Of a stretch of 64,000 nucleotides of DNA, positions 1 to 8,700 are shown piece by piece. The DNA lies in the IMG/VR virus record IMGVR_UViG_2974533118_000001, positions 6,266-70,265 of that record; one strand, 5' to 3'. Position numbers and translations under genes: made by a program. The DNA comes from a virus. Taxonomy: Duplodnaviria; Caudoviricetes. The notes under the pieces are model-generated. The model did not search any database and was not told the origin of the DNA. It saw only the letters and a program-made list of their open reading frames with translations. The number at the start of each line of letters is the position of its first letter. Position 1 is the first letter of the stretch.

Positions 1-2
1 CG

Positions 3-314
3 TTTGAGGAAGCCCGGGCAGCCGTCCGAGCTCAAAACCATCCCATTTGGGAAGACAACGACACCCCCGGCGAATACATGGTCGCCGGCTACGGGTGGGA
101 GAACGACGAAAGCTATCTACTCGTGGAGGGCGCGCGCGAGTATCTGGAAGACGGCGACAACGAATATGTAATTCAGGACGCCCCCGCCGTGTTCGTGGAC
201 AAGGAAACCGGCACCGTGGTGTTGGCCGAGTTCCTGGCGGTCTTCGAGGTCATAGCGTCCATGACCCCGGTCCCCGGCCATGAGCCGCCCACAGACCCCG
301 ACGACGACGAATAA
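3..314 (+). CDS. Imm35/YrhB-like protein (5' end runs off the window edge)
   Basis: Frame is open from base 3 (FEEARAAVR...). The segment EYLEDGD...PAVFVDKETG resembles the Imm35/YrhB pattern YLxTGD...PxxVDKxTG. Confidence 0.5.
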   Translation, partial: FEEARAAVRAQNHPIWEDNDTPGEYMVAGYGWENDESYLLVEGAREYLEDGDNEYVIQDAPAVFVDKETGTVVLAEFLAVFEVIASMTPVPGHEPPTDPDDDE

Positions 315-324
315 CCCCACCCCC

Positions 325-364
325 AGCGCCCCGCAGCCACCCCAAGGCTGTGGGGCGCTTTTTT
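325..364 (+). terminator. Intrinsic terminator
   Basis: AGCGCCCCGCAGCC / GGCTGTGGGGCGCT stem followed by a T-tract. Confidence 0.85.
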
Positions 365-376
365 GTGACACCTCAA

Positions 377-417
377 CCGTCCCACAACCGTGGTCACGCC
401 GTGGGCATTATCAGGGC
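377..417 (+). promoter_or_regulatory. Late-class promoter, copy 1
   Basis: CCGTCCCACA-N20-ATTAT, predicted +1 at A418, directly after the terminator. Confidence 0.7.
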
Positions 418-457
418 ACGAGGCTAGACAACGATTCAGTAGAAACGAGGTAGCACC

Positions 458-688
458 ATGCCGGTCAAGCGCGGTAAAGATGGACGTTTTGCCCCCAACG
501 GTGGACGCGTCCGCGACAAGGGCAAGGCCAAGGGCAAGAAAAAGCCCATCAGCAAATCCGGGTTTGACCGTTGGATGGGTGCCAAAAAGCGAACGGATGC
601 CAAGACAGCGGCCAAGGGCAAGATTTCTGAGGCTGGTTTCAACCGCTGGGCCGACGCGAAAAAGCGCGTTGAGTCCCGCAAAAAGTAA
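458..688 (+). CDS. Lys/Arg-rich head-module protein 1
   Basis: RBS GAGG; 27 of 76 residues are K/R; N-terminus MPVKRGKDGRFAPNGG; internal repeat ISxxGFxRWxxAKKR twice. Confidence 0.85.
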   Translation: MPVKRGKDGRFAPNGGRVRDKGKAKGKKKPISKSGFDRWMGAKKRTDAKTAAKGKISEAGFNRWADAKKRVESRKK

Positions 689-699
689 GGAACGGGAAC

Positions 700-1155
700 A
701 TGCCGGTTAGGCGAGATTCAAACGGGCGGTTCGCTGGCGGAAGCGGTGGGAGTTCTAAGCGAGCTTCCAGGGCGTCCAAGAAAATGGGCGCCGTCAAGCC
801 GCGCACCGCAAGCACTGACCGCAGCAAGGTAACCACCTCCAAGGTTGCTGGCAAGGGCCGGGTAGGGCAGACGGCAAGCAAGGTTGTGCGCACACAGGGC
901 GCGGCTAATCAGGTCAAGGCGGCAAAGTTCGACACCGCCAGCCGCGATCAAGCCATGTCCAAGCGCGTGAACATGAACAAGAAAGCTGGTTTGGCTGGGG
1001 CTGCGTCCAGGAAAGCAAGCTTTGACCGCAGCCCGGACAGGGTAAAGGGCGGACTCAAGAAAGCCGCAAACGTCGCCGGCCGGGACGCGATCAAGGCTGA
1101 GGGGCTGAAGGCGATCACGGGAGAACGACGCTACAAGCGAAAGAACCGGAAGTAG
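700..1155 (+). CDS. Lys/Arg-rich head-module protein 2
   Basis: RBS AAGGA; N-terminus MPVRRDSNGRFAGGSGG; strongly basic. Confidence 0.85.
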   Translation: MPVRRDSNGRFAGGSGGSSKRASRASKKMGAVKPRTASTDRSKVTTSKVAGKGRVGQTASKVVRTQGAANQVKAAKFDTASRDQAMSKRVNMNKKAGLAGAASRKASFDRSPDRVKGGLKKAANVAGRDAIKAEGLKAITGERRYKRKNRK

Positions 1156-1161
1156 AGGGCC

Positions 1162-1545
1162 ATGGCTGTCAAACGAGACTCTAACGGGCGGTTCACGTCC
1201 AGCGGCGGCACCAAGGTGGGCAGCCGTTCCGCCAAGCTGGCCAAGGTCAAGGGCCACAAGAAAGCCGTGTTGGACAACAACAACGCCCGGAAGAACCTGT
1301 CCGAGGTCCGGCGCAAGGCTGAGAAAGCGGACAACTTGGCGTTCCGTAAGGGCGACAAAGAGGGCATGAAGAAAACCGAGGCGCACCTCAAAAAGGTGGG
1401 TGCCGGGGCAAACAAGCTGCTGGACCAGCAAATGAAACTTGGGCAGAAATCCAAGACTGGTGGGCGCAAGCTGTTGCCGTTCAAGCCGGAAGTTGCCAAC
1501 AAAAAGGCGCAGGTCAAAAAGCGCCGCGCGAAAGCGGGGAAGTAG
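1162..1545 (+). CDS. Lys/Arg-rich head-module protein 3
   Basis: RBS GAGGG; N-terminus MAVKRDSNGRFTSSGG; strongly basic. Confidence 0.85.
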   Translation: MAVKRDSNGRFTSSGGTKVGSRSAKLAKVKGHKKAVLDNNNARKNLSEVRRKAEKADNLAFRKGDKEGMKKTEAHLKKVGAGANKLLDQQMKLGQKSKTGGRKLLPFKPEVANKKAQVKKRRAKAGK

Positions 1546-1551
1546 CACACC

Positions 1552-3006
1552 ATGGCTAAATTCAAGACTGTTGAAGGCGTGCCCTTGGTCAAAACTGGGA
1601 CCTGGAACGGTTCCACGGGTGCCCGGGCTATCGGCAAAGAGGACTTGGAAGCAATCGTGGAAGCCCACGAATCCAAGATTCTTGACAAGGGTGTGCTAAA
1701 AAAGGGCCACCTTGACCCACGGCACCAGAACCCCACGTGGGACGGCGAACCGGCCTATGGTCAGGTGGACAACCTCCGCTTGTCCGAGGACGGCGAAACG
1801 CTGCTGGGTGACTACATCAACGTGCCGGAAGACTTGGCCGAATCGCTGCCGTCTGCGTACCCCAACAGGTCCGCAGAAATCGCGTGGGGCGTGAAGCTCA
1901 AGGACGCTGCCGGGAAGGTCACCAAAGAGTTCAAGGCAGCGCTTGCCGGCGTCGCCCTGTTGGGACGCACGCCCCCGGCTGTGAAGGGCTTGGGTGGGCC
2001 GGTGTCCGCGTTCTCTGAGGGGCTGGAATACGAAAGCATTGGTGTGTTCACCATGGTGTCCCAGTTCTCGCTTCCGGGTGGGCTGACGGCCAACGCGCTG
2101 CGTGAGGCGCTGTCTACGGCGATCACCGACGAGTTCAAGGCCAAGCGCACGCTGGACAGCGAATATGGCGAGTGGCCGTGGATGGTGGACTACGACGACA
2201 CCAAGGCGTGGTTCCGTTCCAACGGTGGCGTGTTCCAGGTTGGTTACACCGCGTCTGACGACGGCGTGATCACGCTGAACGACGACGTGACCGAGGTAAT
2301 CGAAAAACGTTCATATGTTCCGGTTCCCGACACGGCCCCCGTCCCACAAACAATGCTTTCCGAAAAGCAAGCTAACGACGTACAGGGCGCCGCAAGCGCC
2401 AACGAGAAAGCTACTAGGGAGGAATCCTCCATGTCCGAGTACCTTAAGAAGCTCCGGGACAAGCTGGGCTTGCCTGACACGGCCACGGAGGAAGAAATCC
2501 TTACCGCAGCCGCCGAGGCCGTCCAGACACCCGCAGCCGACGACAAGGGCGCCGCACCCGCTGCCGCTCCCGCCGCTGCCCCCGCAGCCACCACGGCTGA
2601 GGTCACCGAACAGACCAACAACAGCGCCGGCAAGCACGCCGCCCCCGCTGCTGGTGACAGCGCACCGGAAACCGTTGTGGTTTCCAAGGCCATGTTCTCT
2701 GAGCTCATGACCACCAGCCAGTCCAACGCCGAGCGGTTGGCCGTTTTTGAAGCGGACAAGCGCAAGGCGCACGTTGAGGGCTTGGTTTCCAAGTTCTCTG
2801 CCGCTGGCAAGATTCACCCCAGCGAGGTGGCGTTCTTCACCAGCGCGCTGACCAAGGATGAAGCCGAGACCGTAGCGCACCTTGAGGCGCGAGTCGGGAT
2901 CCCCGTTTCTCCGATTGGTTCCTCGACCGCCGACACCGTGGCTTTCAGCGAAAGCGACAACCTGGACCCGGCGTTCGCCTACTTCAACCTGGAAGGTGGC
3001 AACTAA
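1552..3006 (+). CDS. Capsid maturation protease / scaffold (Mu I/Z-like)
   Basis: VPLVKTGTW...KKGH...PAYG...YPNRSAE...VALLGxTPPAVKGL protease-like N-half; Ala/Pro-rich helical C-half; lies upstream of the capsid genes. Confidence 0.8.
   Translation: MAKFKTVEGVPLVKTGTWNGSTGARAIGKEDLEAIVEAHESKILDKGVLKKGHLDPRHQNPTWDGEPAYGQVDNLRLSEDGETLLGDYINVPEDLAESLPSAYPNRSAEIAWGVKLKDAAGKVTKEFKAALAGVALLGRTPPAVKGLGGPVSAFSEGLEYESIGVFTMVSQFSLPGGLTANALREALSTAITDEFKAKRTLDSEYGEWPWMVDYDDTKAWFRSNGGVFQVGYTASDDGVITLNDDVTEVIEKRSYVPVPDTAPVPQTMLSEKQANDVQGAASANEKATREESSMSEYLKKLRDKLGLPDTATEEEILTAAAEAVQTPAADDKGAAPAAAPAAAPAATTAEVTEQTNNSAGKHAAPAAGDSAPETVVVSKAMFSELMTTSQSNAERLAVFEADKRKAHVEGLVSKFSAAGKIHPSEVAFFTSALTKDEAETVAHLEARVGIPVSPIGSSTADTVAFSESDNLDPAFAYFNLEGGN
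2339..2379 (+). promoter_or_regulatory. Late-class promoter, copy 2 (inside the protease gene)
   Basis: CCGTCCCACA-N20-AAGCT, predicted +1 at G2380. Confidence 0.6.
2431..3006 (+). CDS. Nested in-frame scaffolding protein
   Basis: GGGAGGA RBS 7 nt before an in-frame ATG (MSEYLKKLRDKLGL). Confidence 0.65.
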   Translation: MSEYLKKLRDKLGLPDTATEEEILTAAAEAVQTPAADDKGAAPAAAPAAAPAATTAEVTEQTNNSAGKHAAPAAGDSAPETVVVSKAMFSELMTTSQSNAERLAVFEADKRKAHVEGLVSKFSAAGKIHPSEVAFFTSALTKDEAETVAHLEARVGIPVSPIGSSTADTVAFSESDNLDPAFAYFNLEGGN

Positions 3007-3009
3007 GCC

Positions 3010-3393
3010 ATGGGCAAGTACCAGAACCCAACCGATATTGTCCGCGACCCGGCCAAGAACTACACCGCCAAAGCTGGCGCGGGTGCTGCTGTCCGCGGCT
3101 CGCGTTTCGTGTCTTTCATTGCCGGTGGTAACCGCGAGGTTCCCCGCGCTGCTGAGTCCACCGCAACGTCCGCCGTCGTCGGTGTCTCCAAGTACGACGC
3201 CGCCGCAAACGAGACGTTCGGCATCATCAAGGGTGGACAGGCTGGCGTTATCGCTGGCGGTGCTGTCGCCGCTGGTGACCGGGTGGTCTCCGATGCACAG
3301 GGCCGTGCCGTGAAGGCTGCGGACGGCGCCCCCTACGTCGGTGTTGCGTACACCGACGCCGCCCTCAACGCCGTCGTATACATCGACTTCTAA
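3010..3393 (+). CDS. Capsid decoration/cement protein (DUF2190-like)
   Basis: Small Gly/Ala/Val-rich protein with the AGGAVAAGDRVVSDAQGRAV pattern, between scaffold and MCP. Confidence 0.7.
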   Translation: MGKYQNPTDIVRDPAKNYTAKAGAGAAVRGSRFVSFIAGGNREVPRAAESTATSAVVGVSKYDAAANETFGIIKGGQAGVIAGGAVAAGDRVVSDAQGRAVKAADGAPYVGVAYTDAALNAVVYIDF

Positions 3394-3417
3394 GCCAGAA
3401 AGGCACGGAAAAAACAC

Positions 3418-4314
3418 ATGAGCACTGTCACTTACCCGCCGCAGGGTCCGACCGTAAACGGTCACCAGATCACTGTAGATTGGGCGCTCAAGAACCCTAC
3501 CTTCATCAACAAGGCTGTCAGCCTTGCTGTTCAGGGCAAGTTCATTTCTGACTACATTTTCCGCGCCGGCGACGCCGCTGCGGGTGCTGTGGTCTACGAA
3601 CGCACCCTCGGGCCAAACGAGAAGTACCCGGCCAAGGGCGACGTCCAGATCGTGGAACCGGGCGACGAGTTCCCGCTGGTTGACGTTGGCGAGATTTCCA
3701 AGGAAACCGCCATTGTTGACAAGTTCGGTGCCGCCGCGCTGGTCACCTATGAACAGGTGCGCCGCAACCAGAAGGACAAGATCACTGAGGCAATCGTCAA
3801 GATTTCCAACGCGATCCTCCGCAAGACTGACAGCCGCGCCATGGCTGCCCTTGCTGCGGACCCGGACAAGCTCACGGTTGGCGCTGCCGCACCGTGGGGC
3901 ACCGGCACCCCGGACCCGTTCGCTGACATTGTTGGCGCTGTGGGTCTTGGCGAGGGTCAGGAACTCGACTACAACTTCGATACCGTCCTGATCAACCCCA
4001 CGGACGCTGCCAAGCTGCTCAAGAACCGCGACATTCGAGACCAGCTTCCCCGCGAGGCCGTGGCGTCCAACCCGCTGCTGTCGGGCCGTCTGGAAGGTCT
4101 TGCCGGTTTGAACTGGATTCAGACCAACCGCAAGGCTGCCGGTTCGCTCTACATTCTGCAGCGCAACATCACGGGTGTGCACGCTGAGGAATTGGCGACC
4201 TACACCCGCAACATTGACGAGCCGATCAACGAGCGTTGGCGCGTCCAGGGTGCCCGTGTTTCGGTGCCCATCATCACCGATCCCAAGTCCCTTATCGAAC
4301 TGACGGGAATCTAA
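3418..4314 (+). CDS. Major capsid protein
   Basis: 298 aa, synteny, strongly biased codon usage, actinophage MCP-like sequence (ITVDWALKNP...DPFADI...DTVLINP). Confidence 0.9.
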   Translation: MSTVTYPPQGPTVNGHQITVDWALKNPTFINKAVSLAVQGKFISDYIFRAGDAAAGAVVYERTLGPNEKYPAKGDVQIVEPGDEFPLVDVGEISKETAIVDKFGAAALVTYEQVRRNQKDKITEAIVKISNAILRKTDSRAMAALAADPDKLTVGAAAPWGTGTPDPFADIVGAVGLGEGQELDYNFDTVLINPTDAAKLLKNRDIRDQLPREAVASNPLLSGRLEGLAGLNWIQTNRKAAGSLYILQRNITGVHAEELATYTRNIDEPINERWRVQGARVSVPIITDPKSLIELTGI

Positions 4315-4316
4315 CC

Positions 4317-4718
4317 ATGACCACCGCAGCACAGAAACGCCGCAGCGCGTCCGACGCGCTCAAGGGAACCGCGACCCCGGCAGAGGAAACCCTGCCGCTG
4401 TCCGAGGAAACCGGCGACGCCGCCAAGACCGAGGAAACCCCCGCAACTGGTGACCAGCCGGCCGAAACCAAGGCTGACGCCACGGTGGACGCCCCGGCTG
4501 CTGACCCGGCAGAGGGTGCCGACGTTGACGCGGACGCAGAGGAAGACGACGACGCCGAGGAAGACGAACTGGTGGAAGCCGTAGTGCTGTTCGACCTGTT
4601 CAACTACTTTGACGAGTCCGACGCCCACTGCTCTGCGCTCAAGGGCGTCACGGTGCACGTTGACCATGAGACCGCCAAGCGCGGCGTCAAGCTTGGCGCG
4701 CTCAAGGTCAAGGGCTAA
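4317..4718 (+). CDS. Acidic hypothetical virion protein
   Basis: ATG 2 nt after the MCP stop; Asp/Glu/Ala-rich. Confidence 0.7.
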   Translation: MTTAAQKRRSASDALKGTATPAEETLPLSEETGDAAKTEETPATGDQPAETKADATVDAPAADPAEGADVDADAEEDDDAEEDELVEAVVLFDLFNYFDESDAHCSALKGVTVHVDHETAKRGVKLGALKVKG

Positions 4719-4738
4719 GCCCCGAAAGGCTAAACACC

Positions 4739-5242
4739 ATGGCTGAGGCCGCAACGTGGGGAGTCAGCGTCGATGATGTTTCGGCGCTGGCCCCCCATAT
4801 TGTTATTACCAACGCCGAGGCACCGCCCACGGGCGGAACCCCGGATCCCTACAACGCCACCACGGTTCGGAAGCTCACGAATCAACAGGTGCAAAAGTTC
4901 ATCAACGACGTAACCGCCATGGTGGACATGCGTCTGCATGAGCGTGCCAGGATCACCGACGAGGTGTTCACCGCCAAGATTGCTGCCGCCGCCAAGGACA
5001 TTGTGACCAACGGCGCTGGTTCCTACTTGGTGGCTGCCGCGTTCCCCATGAAAGCTGGCCCGAACGAAAACACCAGCTACGGCGCGGAACTGTGGAACCG
5101 CTACAAATACGGGCTTGAGGAACTGGAAAAGGCCATTGCCGACTTCATCAAAGCCGGTGACGGCATTGTTGTGGTTGAAAAGCCGTCCAGCATTGCCGCT
5201 TTCTTCCCGCCAGTCCGCATCCGGGACGACATGAGGTTTTAG
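4739..5242 (+). CDS. Head-to-tail adaptor
   Basis: Synteny, size, helical composition. Confidence 0.65.
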   Translation: MAEAATWGVSVDDVSALAPHIVITNAEAPPTGGTPDPYNATTVRKLTNQQVQKFINDVTAMVDMRLHERARITDEVFTAKIAAAAKDIVTNGAGSYLVAAAFPMKAGPNENTSYGAELWNRYKYGLEELEKAIADFIKAGDGIVVVEKPSSIAAFFPPVRIRDDMRF

Positions 5243-5245
5243 CAC

Positions 5246-5716
5246 ATGAGTGCCACAATGCGGTTTGAGGGCGAGGGCTTCCGGGCTTTCAACCTCATGT
5301 TGCAACGCTTCCAGATCAACTTCAACGACTCTGAACAGGTCTTTGAGGCCATAGCCGATCACCAAATGACGGTGTGGCAAAAGCAATTCGACCAAGAGGG
5401 CGCATATACCGGCCCGGGCACTTGGTCCGCGCTGTCACCGAACTATGGGGCTTGGAAGCAACGGCACTACCCGGGCAAGAAAATCCTTGAGCTCACGGGC
5501 GATTTGCGCGAGTCGCTGACGGAACGCCCTTTTGGTGTGGATGAAATCAACGATCACGTCATGGTAATTGGTACAGCCGTGCCATATAGCGCGTTCCACC
5601 AGAACGGAACCGAGACCATGCCGGCGCGTCGCATCCTGGAAACGCCCCCCGAAAGGGACCGTTTGCAGTATGCAAAGTACCTTCAAAACTGGATTGTGAA
5701 ACGGAGCGTGACCTAA
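5246..5716 (+). CDS. Virion morphogenesis / neck protein (Mu gpG-like)
   Basis: WxxLSPxY...ILELTGDLRESLT...IGTAVPYSAFHQNG...MPARRIL family pattern. Confidence 0.75.
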   Translation: MSATMRFEGEGFRAFNLMLQRFQINFNDSEQVFEAIADHQMTVWQKQFDQEGAYTGPGTWSALSPNYGAWKQRHYPGKKILELTGDLRESLTERPFGVDEINDHVMVIGTAVPYSAFHQNGTETMPARRILETPPERDRLQYAKYLQNWIVKRSVT

Positions 5717-6333
5717 TGCTTGGTGCCGAGGGTGTTTCCCGTGCGCTGGTGTACCGGCTGCTAGAGCGAGTCCCGGGCAAGCTGGCGGAAATCCGGGCGC
5801 GGCTTGGGGTGGACGCTGACGAGCTCCCGGAACTTGCCGCGATCTATCCCCACGAAATCAGCATCCGGGCTATCAACGCGTACCCGTGCGCTTCCGTGGT
5901 GGCCTACCAGACCACTGGCCGGGTTGGTAACAGGCAATTCGAGTCTGACAGCGGCTATGACGAATATTCGTTCAAGTACAAAATGCGCATTTTTCTATGG
6001 GGCATGTCCAACGACCATGTGGCCACGGACCTGCTGCGCAAACGGCTGGCGCTGGCCGTCCGCGAGGTGCTGCTGAATGACAAGATTTTCTACAACGAAA
6101 ACAGCCAGTATGCAGACCTTGACCCTGACACCCTCTTAGAGTCCTACAGCGACGTGGGCAGCTTGGCGGAAAACCAATTCCTTGGAGGGGTTTACCTTGA
6201 GCTTGAGGTTTCAAGTCAGGAAATCTTGGTGGCGTTCCAGGGTGTCCCCAACCCGGACCCGGCAACGGTGATCCCAGACTTTAGCGCCGTGGGTGAGGGC
6301 GACACGCACCCCGTCCCCCAACCGGAACCCTAG
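5716..6333 (+). CDS. Tail terminator
   Basis: Synteny; TAATG overlap with the upstream gene. Confidence 0.6.
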   Translation: MLGAEGVSRALVYRLLERVPGKLAEIRARLGVDADELPELAAIYPHEISIRAINAYPCASVVAYQTTGRVGNRQFESDSGYDEYSFKYKMRIFLWGMSNDHVATDLLRKRLALAVREVLLNDKIFYNENSQYADLDPDTLLESYSDVGSLAENQFLGGVYLELEVSSQEILVAFQGVPNPDPATVIPDFSAVGEGDTHPVPQPEP

Positions 6334-6351
6334 ACAAATGACCCTAGAGCC
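6311..6351 (+). promoter_or_regulatory. Late-class promoter, copy 3 (leaderless)
   Basis: CCGTCCCCCA-N20-ACCCT-N6-ATG(6352). Confidence 0.7.
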
Positions 6352-6633
6352 ATGACTGAAAACGTGAGGGTTTACAACCCCAATGCATTTGAGGTGGTCA
6401 TTGACCTTGAGGGGCACGCCCTTGACGGTGGTTCTGCCACCGACGTGGGCCGGGACACCCTCACGGACCACCTCATTGATACCGGCCAATTGCTGATTCA
6501 GTACCCGGAACCCGTGCCGGTTGAGTCAGTGGTTGAGGAAGTCCCGGCACCGCCGGCGGCTGACACACCCAAGCCCAAACAGCGGCGAACAAGCACCGAG
6601 GCCACCGGCAACGGTTCTGAGAACAGGAGATAA
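6352..6633 (+). CDS. Hypothetical protein upstream of the sheath gene
   Basis: ORF fills the gap exactly; leaderless start. Confidence 0.7.
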   Translation: MTENVRVYNPNAFEVVIDLEGHALDGGSATDVGRDTLTDHLIDTGQLLIQYPEPVPVESVVEEVPAPPAADTPKPKQRRTSTEATGNGSENRR

Positions 6634-6636
6634 GAA

Positions 6637-8085
6637 ATGGCTATTGGTGTTGAAGTAACCACTTCACTGCGTACCGGCCCCACGAACCCGGGGACGGTTT
6701 CCGGGCGTCTGCAAATTGCTGGCATCACCGAACGCGGGTCGTCCACCGAGTCCGTGCTGGTGAAGTCGCTGGCACAGTATGAAAGCCTCTTTGGCACCCG
6801 TCAGGCTTACGCGTCCAACATGTACGATTCCGCGCGCACATTCTTCGAGGAAGGCGGCTCTGAACTCGTTGTTTCGCGTGCCGTTGGGCCGGCTGCAACT
6901 GCTGGCTTCCTGGTCCTCAAGTCCACTGCCGGAACCGTGGACACGCTGCGTGTGGCTGCCCGTAACCCCGGCTCGCATTCGTCCGCGATCACCGCTGAGG
7001 TGACCGTTTCCGGTGGTCTGTTCACGATCACGGTTCGGCGTAGCTCTGAGGTCATTGGGCTGTTCGCCAACCTGTCCACCCCGGCTGACGCCGTGGCTGC
7101 CGCGTCCACCAACTCGCAGGTGGTTATCACGGACATGGGCGACGCGACCGCAGCACCGGGCAACCAGCCCAAGGCGCTGGCCCCCACCGTGCTGTCCGCT
7201 GGTATTGACGACCGCGCCGCTGTCACGGCCTCTATTGTGGCAACTGCACTGGCAAACCCCGGCCCCATCACCAAGGGCGCTGCCGTGGCAGCACCCGGCT
7301 ATGCTGCGTCCGCCATTGGCTCGCTGCTCATTGCCCACGCCAAGGCTTACGGCAAGGTTGCCCTGTTGTCTCCGGCTTCCGGCGCAACTCCGACCGCCGC
7401 CGCCGCTGAGGCCAAGGCGCTGGTTGGTGCTGACGGTGCCTATGCTGGCGTGTTCTACCCGCATGTGGTCATTCCTGACGGCAACGGCACCCGCACGCTG
7501 TCCCCGGAAGCCTACGTCGGCGCCGTGCGAGCCCGTAGCCACGTCAACATTGGTTTCTGGGCTGTCCCGGCCGGCGAACGTGCCCTGCCGCGCTGGATCG
7601 TTGGCACGGTCACCCCCGTGGACCGTCCAACCAACAACACCCTTGCTGATTCCCAGTTGAACGGCATTGTCACTATCGCCGGTAAGCCCCGGCTGTATGG
7701 CTGGGCATCCCTTGCCCTTGACCGCGACAATCTGGGCATGCTGTCCGCGCAGGACTCCCTCAACAACCTGACGGTTCAGGTGGAGGACACGCTGGAAGAG
7801 TTCATGTTTAGTGGCGTGGACAACCGCGGCGTCCTGCTGGGACGCATTGAGTCCGCCGTTACGGGAATCGTGGATCCCATTGCACTGGCCAATGGTTTCT
7901 ACCCGCGCAAGGTTGACGGTGAAATTGTTGATCCTGGCTACCGCGTGACGGTGGACGAAACGATCAACACCGCCACGAGCCTTGCCAACAACGAGGTCCG
8001 CGTGGCCCTCAGCGTTCGACTTGCCCCCACGGCTGCGTTGATCAAGGCCGAAATCATCAAGGTTGCCCTGTCGGCTGCCGTCTAA
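6637..8085 (+). CDS. Contractile tail sheath protein
   Basis: MAIGVEV...GITERG...VKSLAQYESLFG N-terminus, YYP/PAG and WG motifs, 482 aa. Confidence 0.9.
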   Translation: MAIGVEVTTSLRTGPTNPGTVSGRLQIAGITERGSSTESVLVKSLAQYESLFGTRQAYASNMYDSARTFFEEGGSELVVSRAVGPAATAGFLVLKSTAGTVDTLRVAARNPGSHSSAITAEVTVSGGLFTITVRRSSEVIGLFANLSTPADAVAAASTNSQVVITDMGDATAAPGNQPKALAPTVLSAGIDDRAAVTASIVATALANPGPITKGAAVAAPGYAASAIGSLLIAHAKAYGKVALLSPASGATPTAAAAEAKALVGADGAYAGVFYPHVVIPDGNGTRTLSPEAYVGAVRARSHVNIGFWAVPAGERALPRWIVGTVTPVDRPTNNTLADSQLNGIVTIAGKPRLYGWASLALDRDNLGMLSAQDSLNNLTVQVEDTLEEFMFSGVDNRGVLLGRIESAVTGIVDPIALANGFYPRKVDGEIVDPGYRVTVDETINTATSLANNEVRVALSVRLAPTAALIKAEIIKVALSAAV

Positions 8086-8107
8086 CCCCAAGAAAGGAAT
8101 CTGAGTC

Positions 8108-8512
8108 ATGAAGACAACCAAACGGAATTTTATTAGCACCATCTTGGGCGTTACGGGCACATGGTCCACCCACACGGGTGGAGCTTTGAACGCTGACGTG
8201 ACGCGCGACTACGACGGCGGGGCGGTAACCCCTGACCTGATTGGTGGCGCTCCAACGGCGGACGACCTGGAACTGTCGCGGTCCTTTGACCCCGTGCGCG
8301 ATCTTCCCCTTTTGGAGAAGCTGCGCAAGGAAGTTGGCCGGGGCCGGTACACCATCACGAAACAGTCCACTGACGCCAACATGGTCAAGGTGGGCAAGCC
8401 GCTGACTTACGCCAACTGCCTGTTGCTGTCGGTCAACGACCCGGAATCGGACTCGAATAGCTCCGATACGTCGCCCATCACGGTGAAGTTCGCCACGACC
8501 GGCGCCGTGTAA
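8108..8512 (+). CDS. Tail tube protein
   Basis: 134 aa beta-rich protein directly after the sheath gene, with RBS AAGGA. Confidence 0.8.
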   Translation: MKTTKRNFISTILGVTGTWSTHTGGALNADVTRDYDGGAVTPDLIGGAPTADDLELSRSFDPVRDLPLLEKLRKEVGRGRYTITKQSTDANMVKVGKPLTYANCLLLSVNDPESDSNSSDTSPITVKFATTGAV

Positions 8513-8523
8513 CAACGGGTAAG

Positions 8524-8618
8524 CGTCCCACCCGGGACTTGCTGGGGTTCCGGGTGGGCATATCAGTGGGACGGGGTGCGTCCGAGTTGTCCGTGCTTGG
8601 ACACGCGCCCCGTCCCAC
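8524..8618. repeat. Two tandem GC-rich inverted repeats
   Basis: CCCACCCGG...CCGGGTGGG, then GTGGGACGGGGTGCGTCCGAG...CTTGGACACGCGCCCCGTCCCAC. Confidence 0.65.
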
Positions 8619-8650
8619 ACCCATTTAACGAATCGGGCAATTCTTGTCTC
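8610..8650 (+). promoter_or_regulatory. Late-class promoter, copy 4
   Basis: CCGTCCCACA-N20-ATTCT, predicted +1 at A8651. Confidence 0.6.
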
Positions 8651-8700
8651 AGACCACCCCGCACAAGGCGGGGCGGCGGACTGAACGGACAAAACAGGCC

